A stretch of DNA of 64,000 nt from Eledone cirrhosa (taxonomy: Eukaryota): the NCBI GenBank assembly GCA_964016885.1, contig OZ024744.1, positions 134,416,001-134,480,000 on the forward strand, in the 5' to 3' direction. The notes below the pieces were generated by a model. That model had not been told where the DNA came from, made no database searches, and saw only the letters and a program-made list of their open reading frames with translations. A program made the position numbers and the translations under genes. Positions 22,801 through 34,900 of the stretch are shown here, one piece after another; within the stretch, counting starts at the first letter, position 1; each line of letters starts with the position of its first letter.

Positions 22801-25800
22801 AGTCGGGGTTAAGTTAAGTTGGGGTTGAGTTAAGTTGGGGTTCAGTTAAGTTGGGGTTAAGTTAAGTTGGGGTTGAGTTAAGTTGGGGTTGAGTTAAATT
22901 GGGGTTGAGTTAAGTTGGGGTTGAGTTAAGTTGGTGTTGAGTTAAGTTGGGGTTAAGTTAAGTTGGGGTTAAGTTAATTTGTGGTTAAGTTAAGTTGGGG
23001 TTAAGTTAAGTTGGGGTTAAGTTAAGTTGGGGTTAAGTTAAGTCGGGGTTAAGTTAAGTTGGGGTTAAATTAAGTTGGGGTTACGTTAAGTTGGTGTTAA
23101 GTTAAGTTGGGGTTAATTTAAGTTGGGGTTAATTAAGTTGGGGTTAAGTTAAGTTGGGGTTAAGTTAAGTTGGGGTTAATTTAAGTTGGGGTTGAGTTAA
23201 GTTGGGGTTAAGTTAAGTTGGGGTTATATTAAGTTGGGGTTAAGTTAAGTTGGGGTTCAGTTAAGTTGGGGATAAGTTAAGTTGGGGTTAAGTTAAGTTG
23301 GGGTTAAGTTAAGTTGGGGTTAAGTTAAGTTGGTGTTAAGTTAAGTTGGGGCTAAGTTAAGTTGGGGCTGAGTTAAGTTGGGGCTGAGTTAAGTTGGGGT
23401 TAAGTTAAGTTGGGGTTGAGTTAAGTTGGGGTTAAGTTAAGTTGGGGTCAAGTTAAGTTGGGGTTAAGTTGGGGTTAAGTTAAGTTAGGTTTAAGTTAAG
23501 TTGGGGTTAAGTTAAGTTGGGGTTAAGTTAAGTTGGGGTTAAGTTAAGTTGGGGTTAAGTTAAGTTGGGGTTAAGTTAATTTGTGGTTAAGTTAAGTTGG
23601 GGTTAAGTTAAGTTCGGGTTAAGTTAAGTTGGGGTTAAGTTAAGTCGGGGTTAAGTTAAGTTGGGGTTAAGTTAAGTTGGGGTTAATTTAAGTTGGGGTT
23701 AAGTTAAGTTGGGGTTAAGTTAAGTTGGGGTTAAGTTAAGTTGGGGTTAAGTTAAGTTGAGGTTAAGTTAAGTTGGGGTTAAATTAAGTTGGGGTTAAGT
23801 TAAGTTGGGGTTAAGTTAAGTTGGGGTTAAGTTAAGTTGGGGATAAGTTAAGTTGGGGATAATTTAAGTTGGGGTTAAGTTAAGTTGGGTTTAAGTTAAG
23901 TTGGGGTTAAGTTAAGTTGGGGATAAGTTAAGTTGGGGTTAAGTTAAGTTGGGGTTAAGTTAAGTTGGGGTTAAGTTAAGTTGGGGCTAAGTTAAGTTGG
24001 GGCTGAGTTAAGTTGGGGTTAAGTTAAGTTGGGGTTAAGTTAAGTTGGGGTTAAGTTAAGTTGGGGTTTATTTAAGTTGGGGTTAAATTAAGTTGGGGTT
24101 CAGTTAAGTTGGGGTTAAGTTAAGTTGGGGTTAAGATGGGGTTAAATTAAGTTGGGGTTAAGTTAAGTTGGGGTTAAGTTAAGTTGGGGTTAAGTTAAGT
24201 TGGGGTTAAGTTAAGTCGGGGTTAAGTTAAGTCGTGGTTAAGTTAAGTTAGGGTTCAGTTAAGTTGGGGTTAAGTTAAGTTGGGGTTGAGTTAAGTTGGG
24301 GTTGAGTTAAATTGGGGTTGAGTTAAGTTGGGGTTGAGTTAAGTTGGTTTTGAGTTAAGTTGGGGTTAAGTTAAGTTGGGGTTAAGTTAAGTTGGGGTTC
24401 AGTTAAGTTGGGGTTAAGTTAAGTCGGGGTTAAGTTAAGTCGGGGTTAAATTAAGTTAGGGTTCAGTTAAGTTGGGGTTAAGTTAAGTTGGGCTTGAGTT
24501 AAGTTGGGGTTGAGTTAAATTGGGGTTGAGTTAAGTTGGGGTTGAGTTAAGTTGGTGTTGAGTTAAGTTGGGGTTAAGTTAAGTTGGGGTTAAGTTAAGT
24601 TTCAGTTAAGTTAAGTTGTGGTTAAGTTAAGGTGGGGTTAAGTTAAGTCGGGGTTAAGTTAAGTTGTGGTTGAGTTAAGTTGGGGTTAATTTAAGTTGGG
24701 GCTAAGTTAATTTGTGGTTAAGTTAAGTTGGGGTTAACTTAAGTTGGTGTTAAGTTAAGTTGGGGTTGAGTTAAGTTGGGGTTGAGTTAATTTGGGGTTA
24801 AGTTAAGTTGGGGTTAATTTAAGTTGGGTTTAAGTTAATTTGGGGTTAAATTAAGTTGGGGTTAAATTAAGTTGGGGTTAAGTTATGTTGGGAGTAAGTT
24901 AAGTTGGGGGCAAGTTAAGTTGGGGTTAATTTAAGTTGGGGTTAAATTAAGTTGGGGTTACGTTAAGTTGGTGTTAAGTTAAGTTGGGGTTAATTTAAGT
25001 TGGGGTTAATTAAGTTGGGGTTAAGTTAAGTTGGGGTTAAGTTAAGTTGGGGTTAATTTAAGTTGGGGTTGAGTTAAGTTGGGGTTAAGTTAAGTTGGGG
25101 TTATATTAAGTTGGGGTTAAGTTAAGTTGGGGTTCAGTTAAGTTGGGGATAAGTTAAGTTGGGGTTAAGTTAAGTTGGGGTTAAGTTAAGTTGGGGTTAA
25201 GTTAAGTTGGTGTTAAGTTAAGTTGGGGCTAAGTTAAGTTGGGGCTGAGTTAAGTTGGGGCTGAGTTAAGTTGGGGTTAAGTTAAGTTGGGGTTGAGTTA
25301 AGTTGGGGTTAAGTTAAGTTGGGGTCAAGTTAAGTTGGGGTTAAGTTGGGGTTAAGTTAAGTTAGGTTTAAGTTAAGTTGGGGTTAAGTTAAGTTGGGGT
25401 TAAGTTAAGTTGGGGTTAAGTTAAGTTGGGGTTAAGTTAAGTTGGGGTTAAGTTAATTTGTGGTTAAGTTAAGTTGGGGTTAAGTTAAGTTCGGGTTAAG
25501 TTAAGTTGGGGTTAAGTTAAGTCGGGGTTAAGTTAAGTTGGGGTTAAGTTAAGTTGGGGTTAATTTAAGTTGGGGTTAAGTTAAGTTGGGGTTAAGTTAA
25601 GTTGGGGTTAAGTTAAGTTGGGGTTAAGTTAAGTTGAGGTTAAGTTAAGTTGGGGTTAAATTAAGTTGGGGTTAAGTTAAGTTGGGGTTAAGTTAAGTTG
25701 GGGTTAAGTTAAGTTGGGGATAAGTTAAGTTGGGGATAATTTAAGTTGGGGTTAAGTTAAGTTGGGTTTAAGTTAAGTTGGGGTTAAGTTAAGTTGGGGA

Positions 25801-28800
25801 TAAGTTAAGTTGGGGTTAAGTTAAGTTGGGGTTAAGTTAAGTTGGGGTTAAGTTAAGTTGGGGCTAAGTTAAGTTGGGGCTGAGTTAAGTTGGGGTTAAG
25901 TTAAGTTGGGGTTAAGTTAATTTGGGGTTAAGTTAAGTTGGGGTTTATTTAAGTTGGGGTTAAATTAAGTTGGGGTTCAGTTAAGTTGGGGTTAAGTTAA
26001 GTTGGGGTTAAGATGGGGTTAAATTAAGTTGGGGTTAAGTTAAGTTGGGGTTAAGTTAAGTTGGGGTTAAGTTAAGTTGGGGTTAAGTTAAGTCGGGGTT
26101 AAGTTAAGTCGTGGTTAAGTTAAGTTAGGGTTCAGTTAAGTTGGGGTTAAGTTAAGTTGGGGTTGAGTTAAGTTGGGGTTGAGTTAAATTGGGGTTGAGT
26201 TAAGTTGGGGTTGAGTTAAGTTGGTTTTGAGTTAAGTTGGGGTTAAGTTAAGTTGGGGTTAAGTTAAGTTGGGGTCAAGTTAAGTTGGGGTTAAGTTAAG
26301 TTGGTTAGTTAAGTTGAGTTTAAGTTAAGTTGGGGTTAATTTAAGTTGGGGTTAAGTTAAGTTGGGGTTAAGTTAAGTTGGGGTTAAGTTAAGTTGGGGT
26401 TAAGTTAAGTTGGGGTTAAGTTAAGTCGGGGTTAATTTAAGTCGGGGTTAAGTTAAGTTAGGGTTCAGTTAAGTTGGGGTTAAGTTAAGTTGGGGTTGAG
26501 TTAAGTTGGGGTTGAGTTAAATTGGGGTTGAGTTAAGTTGGTGTTGAGTTAAGTTGGTGTTGAGTTAAGTTGGGGTTAAGTTAAGTTGGGGTTAAGTTAA
26601 GTTGCAGTTAAGTTAAGTTGAGGTTTAGTTAAGGTGGGGTTAAGTTAAGTCGGGGTTAAGTTAAGTTGTGGTTGAGTTAAGTTGGGGTTAATTTAAGTTG
26701 GGGCTGAGTTAATTTGTGGTTAAGTTAAGCTGGAGTTAAGTTAAGTTGGGGTTGAGTTAAGTTGGGATTGAGTTAATTTGGGGTTAAGTTAAGTTGGGGT
26801 TAATTTAAGTTGGGTTTAAGTTAAGTTGGGGTTAAATTAAGTTGGGGTTAAATTAAGTTTGGGTTAAGTTAAGTTGGGGGTAAGTTAAGTTGGGGTTAAG
26901 TTAAGTTGGGGTTAATTTAAGTTGGGGTTTATTTAAGTTGGGGTTACGTTAAGTTGGTGTTAAGTTAAGTTGGGGTTAATTTAAGTTGGGGTTAATTAAG
27001 TTGGGGTTAAGTTAAGTTGGGGTTAAGTTAAGTTGGGGTTAAGTTAAGTTGAGGTTAAGTTAAGTTGGGGTTAAATTAAGTTGGGGTTAAGTTAAGTTGG
27101 GGTTAAGTTAAGTTGGGGTTAAGTTAAGTTGGGGATAAGTTAAGTTGGGGATAATTTAAGTTGGGGTTAAGTTAAGTTGGGTTTAAGTTAAGTTGGGGTT
27201 AAGTTAAGTTGGGGATAAGTTAAGTTGGGGTTAAGTTAAGTTGGGGTTAAGTTAAGTTGGGGTTAAGTTAAGTTGGGGCTAAGTTAAGTTGGGGCTGAGT
27301 TAAGTTGGGGTTAAGTTAAGTTGGGGTTAAGTTAAGTTGGGGTTTATTTAAGTTGGGGTTAAATTAAGTTGGGGTTCAGTTAAGTTGGGGTTAAGTTAAG
27401 TTGGGGTTAAGATGGGGTTAAATTAAGTTGGGGTTAAGTTAAGTTGGGGTTAAGTTAAGTTGGGGTTAAGTTAAGTTGGGGTTAAGTTAAGTCGGGGTTA
27501 AGTTAAGTCGTGGTTAAGTTAAGTTAGGGTTCAGTTAAGTTGGGGTTAAGTTAAGTTGGGGTTGAGTTAAGTTGGGGTTGAGTTAAATTGGGGTTGAGTT
27601 AAGTTGGGGTTGAGTTAAGTTGGTTTTGAGTTAAGTTGGGGTTAAGTTAAGTTGGGGTTAAGTTAAGTTGGGGTCAAGTTAAGTTGGGGTTAAGTTAAGT
27701 TGGTTAGTTAAGTTGAGTTTAAGTTAAGTTGGGGTTAATTTAAGTTGGGGTTAAGTTAAGTTGGGGTTAAGTTAAGTTGGGGTTAAGTTAAGTTGGGGTT
27801 AAGTTAAGTTGGGGTTAAGTTAAGTCGGGGTTAATTTAAGTCGGGGTTAAGTTAAGTTAGGGTTCAGTTAAGTTGGGGTTAAGTTAAGTTGGGGTTGAGT
27901 TAAGTTGGGGTTGAGTTAAATTGGGGTTGAGTTAAGTTGGTGTTGAGTTAAGTTGGTGTTGAGTTAAGTTGGGGTTAAGTTAAGTTGGGGTTAAGTTAAG
28001 TTGCAGTTAAGTTAAGTTGAGGTTTAGTTAAGGTGGGGTTAAGTTAAGTCGGGGTTAAGTTAAGTTGTGGTTGAGTTAAGTTGGGGTTAATTTAAGTTGG
28101 GGCTGAGTTAATTTGTGGTTAAGTTAAGCTGGAGTTAAGTTAAGTTGGGGTTGAGTTAAGTTGGGGTTGAGTTAATTTGGGGTTAAGTTAAGTTGGGGTT
28201 AATTTAAGTTGGGTTTAAGTTAAGTTGGGGTTAAATTAAGTTGGGGTTAAATTAAGTTGGGGTTAAGTTAAGTTGGGGGTAAGTTAAGTTGGGGTTAAGT
28301 TAAGTTGGGGTTAATTTAAGTTGGGGTTTATTTAAGTTGGGGTTACGTTAAGTTGGTGTTAAGTTAAGTTGGGGTTAATTTAAGTTGGGGTTAATTAAGT
28401 TGGGGTTAAGTTAAGTTGGGGTTAAGTTAAGTTGGGGTTAAGTTAAGTTGGGGTTCAGTTAAGTTGGGTATAAGTTAAGTTGGGTATAAGTTAAGTTGGG
28501 GTTAAGTTAAGTTGGGGTTAAGTTAAGTCGGTGTTAAGTTAAGTTGGGGCTAAGTTAAGTTGGGGCTGAGTTAAGTTGGGGCTGAGTTAAGTTGGGGTTA
28601 AGTTAAGTTGGGGTCAAGTTAAGTTGGGGTTTATTTAAGTTGGGGTTACGTTAAGTTGGTGTTAAGTTAAGTTGGGGTTAATTTAAGTTGGGGTTAATTA
28701 AGTTGGGGTTAAGTTAAGTTGGGGTTAAGTTAAGTTGGGGTTAATTTAAGTTGGGGTTGAGTTAAGTTGGGGTTAAGTTAAGTTGGGGTTATATTAAGTT

Positions 28801-31800
28801 GGGGTTAATTTAAGTTGGGGTTCAGTTAAGATGGGTATAAGTTAAGTTGGGGTTAAGTTAAGTTGGGGTTAAGTTAAGTTGGGGTTAAGTTAAGTTGGTG
28901 TTAAGTTAAGTTGGGGCTAAGTTAAGTTGGGGCTGAGTTAAGTTGGGGCTGAGTGAAGTTGGGGTTAAGTTAAGTTGGGGTCAAGTTAAGTTGGGGTTAA
29001 GTTGGGGTTAAGTTAAGTTAGGTTTAAGTTAAGATGGGGTTAAGTTAAGTTGGGGTTAAGTTAAGTTGGGGTTAAGTTAATTTGTGGTTAAGTTAAGTTG
29101 GGGTTAAGTTAAGTTGGGGTTAAGTTAAGTTGGGGTTAAGTTAAGTCGGGGTTAAGTTAAGTTGGGGTTAAGTTAAGTTGGGGTTAATTTAAGTTGGGGT
29201 TAAGTTAAGTTGGGGTCAAGTTAAGTTGGGGTTAAGTTGGGGTTAAGTTAAGTTAGGTTTAAGTTAAGTTGGGGTTAAGTTAAGTTGGGGTTAAGTTAAG
29301 TTGGGGTTAAGTTAAGTTGGGGTTAAGTTAAGTTGGGGTTAAGTTAATTTGTGGTTAAGTTAAGTTGGGGTTAAGTTAAGTTGGGGTTAAGTTAAGTTGG
29401 GGTTAAGTTAAGTCGGGGTTAAGTTAAGTTGGGGTTAAGTTAAGTTGGGGTTAATTTAAGTTGGGGTTAAGTTAAGTTGGGGTTAAGTTAAGTTGGGGTT
29501 AAATTAAGTTGGGGTTAAGTTAAGTTGGGGTTAAGTCAAGTTGGGGTTAAGTTAAGTTGGGGATAAGTTAAGTTGGGGATAATTTAAGTTGGGGTTAAGT
29601 TAAGTTGGGTTTAAGTTAAGTTGGGGTTAAGTTAAGTTGGGGTTAAGTTAAGTTGGGGTTAAGTTAAGTTGGGGTTAAGTTAAGTTGGGGTTAAGTTAAG
29701 TTGGGGCTAAGTTAAGTTGGGGCTGAGTTAAGTTGGGGTTAAGTTAAGTTGGGCTTAATTTAAGTCGGGGTTAAGTTAAGTTAGGGTTCAGTTATATTGG
29801 GGTTAAGTTAAGTTGGGGTTAAGTTAAGTTGGGGTTAAGTTAAGTCGGGGTTAAGTTAAGTTGGGGTTAAGTTAAGTTGGGGTTAAGTTAAGTCGGGGTT
29901 AAGTTAAGTTGGGGTTAAGTTAAGTTGGGGTTAATTTAAGTTGGGGTTAAGTTAAGTTGGGGTTAAGTTAAGTTGGGGTTAAGTTAAGATGGGGTTAATT
30001 TAAGTTGGGGTTAAGTTAAGTTGAGGTTAAGTTAAGTTGGGGTTAAATTAAGTTGGGTTTAAGTTAAGTTGGGGTTAAGTCAAGTTGGGGTTAAGTTAAG
30101 TTGGGGATAAGTTAAGTTGGGGATAATTTAAGTTGGGTTTAAGTTAAGTTGGGGTTAAGTTGAGTTGGGGTTAAGTTAAGTTGGGGTTAAGTTAAGTTGG
30201 GGTTAATTTAAGTTGGGGCTAAGTTAAGTTGGGACTGAGTTAAGTTGGGGTTAAGTTAAGTTGGGGTTAAGTTACGTTGGGGTTAAGTTAAGTTGGAGTT
30301 TATTTAAGTTGGGGTTAAGTTAAGTTGGGGTTCAGTTAAGTTGGGGTTAAGTTAAGTTGGGGTTAAGTTAAGTTGGGGTTAAGTTAAGTCGGGGTTAAGT
30401 TAAGTTGGGGTTGAGTTAAGTTGGGGTTCAGTTAAGTTGGGGTTAAGTTAAGTTGGGGTTGAGTTAAGTTGGGGTTGAGTTAAATTGGGGTTGAGTTAAG
30501 TTGGGGTTGAGTTAAGTTGGTGTTGAGTTAAGTTGGGGTTAAGTTAAGTTGGGGTTAAGTTAATTTGTGGTTAAGTTAAGTTGGGGTTAAGTTAAGTTGG
30601 GGTTAAGTTAAGTTGGGGTTAAGTTAAGTCGGGGTTAAGTTAAGTTGGGGTTAAATTAAGTTGGGGTTACGTTAAGTTGGTGTTAAGTTAAGTTGGGGTT
30701 AATTTAAGTTGGGGTTAATTAAGTTGGGGTTAAGTTAAGTTGGGGTTAAGTTAAGTTGGGGTTAATTTAAGTTGGGGTTGAGTTAAGTTGGGGTTAAGTT
30801 AAGTTGGGGTTATATTAAGTTGGGGTTAAGTTAAGTTGGGGTTCAGTTAAGTTGGGGATAAGTTAAGTTGGGGTTAAGTTAAGTTGGGGTTAAGTTAAGT
30901 TGGGGTTAAGTTAAGTTGGTGTTAAGTTAAGTTGGGGCTAAGTTAAGTTGGGGCTGAGTTAAGTTGGGGCTGAGTTAAGTTGGGGTTAAGTTAAGTTGGG
31001 GTTGAGTTAAGTTGGGGTTAAGTTAAGTTGGGGTCAAGTTAAGTTGGGGTTAAGTTGGGGTTAAGTTAAGTTAGGTTTAAGTTAAGTTGGGGTTAAGTTA
31101 AGTTGGGGTTAAGTTAAGTTGGGGTTAAGTTAAGTTGGGGTTAAGTTAAGTTGGGGTTAAGTTAATTTGTGGTTAAGTTAAGTTGGGGTTAAGTTAAGTT
31201 CGGGTTAAGTTAAGTTGGGGTTAAGTTAAGTCGGGGTTAAGTTAAGTTGGGGTTAAGTTAAGTTGGGGTTAATTTAAGTTGGGGTTAAGTTAAGTTGGGG
31301 TTAAGTTAAGTTGGGGTTAAGTTAAGTTGGGGTTAAGTTAAGTTGAGGTTAAGTTAAGTTGGGGTTAAATTAAGTTGGGGTTAAGTTAAGTTGGGGTTAA
31401 GTTAAGTTGGGGTTAAGTTAAGTTGGGGATAAGTTAAGTTGGGGATAATTTAAGTTGGGGTTAAGTTAAGTTGGGTTTAAGTTAAGTTGGGGTTAAGTTA
31501 AGTTGGGGATAAGTTAAGTTGGGGTTAAGTTAAGTTGGGGTTAAGTTAAGTTGGGGTTAAGTTAAGTTGGGGCTAAGTTAAGTTGGGGCTGAGTTAAGTT
31601 GGGGTTAAGTTAAGTTGGGGTTAAGTTAAGTTGGGGTTAAGTTAAGTTGGGGTTTATTTAAGTTGGGGTTAAATTAAGTTGGGGTTCAGTTAAGTTGGGG
31701 TTAAGTTAAGTTGGGGTTAAGATGGGGTTAAATTAAGTTGGGGTTAAGTTAAGTTGGGGTTAAGTTAAGTTGGGGTTAAGTTAAGTTGGGGTTAAGTTAA

Positions 31801-31956
31801 GTCGGGGTTAAGTTAAGTCGTGGTTAAGTTAAGTTAGGGTTCAGTTAAGTTGGGGTTAAGTTAAGTTGGGGTTGAGTTAAGTTGGGGTTGAGTTAAATTG
31901 GGGTTGAGTTAAGTTGGGGTTGAGTTAAGTTGGTTTTGAGTTAAGTTGGGGTTAAG
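16801..31956 (+). repeat. ~7.57-kb tandem higher-order repeat nested in the 16.6-kb unit (repeated at about 33394-48549)
   Basis: GGAGTAAG...GGGGGCAAG marker at 17321/24891 (offset 7570). TCGTGG offsets are 7570, 7554 and 7586, differing by whole monomers. Boundaries approximate. Confidence 0.85.
18030..20865 (+). repeat. ~1415-bp tandem higher-order repeat pair, recurring through the central domain
   Basis: The C of GCTGGAG pairs as 19160/20575 (1415), 26730/28129 (1399), 35753/37168, 43323/44722 and 49032/50447. Boundaries approximate. Confidence 0.85.
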
Positions 31957-34900
31957 TTAAGTTGGGGTTAAGTTAAGTTGGGGTCAAGTTAAGTTGGGGT
32001 TAAGTTAAGTTGGTTAGTTAAGTTGAGTTTAAGTTAAGTTGGGGTTAATTTAAGTTGGGGTTAAGTTAAGTTGGGGTTAAGTTAAGTTGGGGTTAAGTTA
32101 AGTTGGGGTTAAGTTAAGTTGGGGTTAAGTTAAGTCGGGGTTAATTTAAGTCGGGGTTAAGTTAAGTTAGGGTTCAGTTAAGTTGGGGTTAAGTTAAGTT
32201 GGGGTTGAGTTAAGTTGGGGTTGAGTTAAATTGGGGTTGAGTTAAGTTGGTGTTGAGTTAAGTTGGTGTTGAGTTAAGTTGGGGTTAAGTTAAGTTGGGG
32301 TTAAGTTAAGTTGCAGTTAAGTTAAGTTGAGGTTTAGTTAAGGTGGGGTTAAGTTAAGTCGGGGTTAAGTTAAGTTGTGGTTGAGTTAAGTTGGGGTTAA
32401 TTTAAGTTGGGGCTGAGTTAATTTGTGGTTAAGTTAAGCTGGAGTTAAGTTAAGTTGGGGTTGAGTTAAGTTGGGGTTGAGTTAATTTGGGGTTAAGTTA
32501 AGTTGGGGTTAATTTAAGTTGGGTTTAAGTTAAGTTGGGGTTAAATTAAGTTGGGGTTAAGTTAATTTGTGGTTAAGTTAAGTTGGGGTTAAGTTAAGTT
32601 GGGGTTAAGTTAAGTTGGGGTTAAGTTAAGTCGGGGTTAAGTTAAGTTGGGGTTAAGTTAAGTTGGGGTTAATTTAAGTTGGGGTTAAGTTAAGTTGGGG
32701 TTAAGTTAAGTTGGGGTTAATTTAAGATGGGGTTAAGTTAAGTTGGGGTTAAGTTAAGTTGAGGTTAAGTTAAGTTGGGGTTAAATTAAGTTGGGGTTAA
32801 GTTAAGTTGGGGTTAAGTTAAGTTGGGGTTAAGTTAAGTTGGGGATAAGTTAAGTTGGGGATAATTTAAGTTGGGGTTAAGTTAAGTTGGGTTTAAGTTA
32901 AGTTGGGGTTAAGTTAATTTGTGGTTAAGTTAAGTTGGGGTTAAGTTAAGTTGGGGTTAAGTTAAGTTGGGGTTAAGTTAAGTCGGGGTTAAGTTAAGTT
33001 GGGGTTAAGTTAAGTTGGGGTTAATTTAAGTTGGGGTTAAGTTAAGTTGGGGTTAAGTTAAGTTGGGGTTAATTTAAGATGGGGTTAAGTTAAGTTGGGG
33101 TTAAGTTAAGTTGGGGTTAAGTTAAGTTGGGGTTAAATTAAGTTGGGGTTAAGTTAAGTTGGGGTTAAGTTAAGTTGGGGTTAAGTTAAGTTGGGGATAA
33201 GTTAAGTTGGGGATAATTTAAGTTGGGGTTAAGTTAAGTTGGGTTTAAGTTAAGTTGGGGTTAAGTTAAGTTGGGGTTAAGTTAAGTTGGGGTTAAGTTA
33301 AGTTGGGGCTAAGTTAAGTTGGGGCTGAGTTAAGTTGGGGTTAAGTTAAGTTGGGGTTAAGTTAAGTTGGGGTTAAGTTAAGTTGGGGTTTATTTAAGTT
33401 GGGGTTAAGTTAAGTTGGGGTTCAGTTAAGTTGGGGTTAAGTTAAGTCGGGGTTAAGTTAAGTCGGGGTTAAATTAAGTTAGGGTTCAGTTAAGTTGGGG
33501 TTAAGTTAAGTTGGGCTTGAGTTAAGTTGGGGTTGAGTTAAATTGGGGTTGAGTTAAGTTGGGGTTGAGTTAAGTTGGTGTTGAGTTAAGTTGGGGTTAA
33601 GTTAAGTTGGGGTTAAGTTAAGTTGCAGTTAAGTTAAGTTGTGGTTAAGTTAAGGTGGGGTTAAGTTAAGTCGGGGTTAAGTTAAGTTGTGGTTGAGTTA
33701 AGTTGGGGTTAATTTAAGTTGGGGCTAAGTTAATTTGTGGTTAAGTTAAGTTGGGGTTAACTTAAGTTGGTGTTAAGTTAAGTTGGGGTTGAGTTAAGTT
33801 GGGGTTGAGTTAATTTGGGGTTAAGTTAAGTTGGGGTTAATTTAAGTTGGGTTTAAGTTAATTTGGGGTTAAATTAAGTTGGGGTTAAATTAAGTTGGGG
33901 TTAAGTTATGTTGGGAGTAAGTTAAGTTGGGGGCAAGTTAAGTTGGGGTTAATTTAAGTTGGGGTTAAATTAAGTTGGGGTTACGTTAAGTTGGTGTTAA
34001 GTTAAGTTGGGGTTAATTTAAGTTGGGGTTAATTAAGTTGGGGTTAAGTTAAGTTGGGGTTAAGTTAAGTTGGGGTTAATTTAAGTTGGGGTTGAGTTAA
34101 GTTGGGGTTAAGTTAAGTTGGGGTTATATTAAGTTGGGGTTAAGTTAAGTTGGGGTTCAGTTAAGTTGGGGATAAGTTAAGTTGGGGTTAAGTTAAGTTG
34201 GGGTTAAGTTAAGTTGGGGTTAAGTTAAGTTGGTGTTAAGTTAAGTTGGGGCTAAGTTAAGTTGGGGCTGAGTTAAGTTGGGGCTGAGTTAAGTTGGGGT
34301 TAAGTTAAGTTGGGGTTGAGTTAAGTTGGGGTTAAGTTAAGTTGGGGTCAAGTTAAGTTGGGGTTAAGTTGGGGTTAAGTTAAGTTAGGTTTAAGTTAAG
34401 TTGGGGTTAAGTTAAGTTGGGGTTAAGTTAAGTTGGGGTTAAGTTAAGTTGGGGTTAAGTTAAGTTGGGGTTAAGTTAATTTGTGGTTAAGTTAAGTTGG
34501 GGTTAAGTTAAGTTCGGGTTAAGTTAAGTTGGGGTTAAGTTAAGTCGGGGTTAAGTTAAGTTGGGGTTAAGTTAAGTTGGGGTTAATTTAAGTTGGGGTT
34601 AAGTTAAGTTGGGGTTAAGTTAAGTTGGGGTTAAGTTAAGTTGGGGTTAAGTTAAGTTGAGGTTAAGTTAAGTTGGGGTTAAATTAAGTTGGGGTTAAGT
34701 TAAGTTGGGGTTAAGTTAAGTTGGGGTTAAGTTAAGTTGGGGATAAGTTAAGTTGGGGATAATTTAAGTTGGGGTTAAGTTAAGTTGGGTTTAAGTTAAG
34801 TTGGGGTTAAGTTAAGTTGGGGATAAGTTAAGTTGGGGTTAAGTTAAGTTGGGGTTAAGTTAAGTTGGGGTTAAGTTAAGTTGGGGCTAAGTTAAGTTGG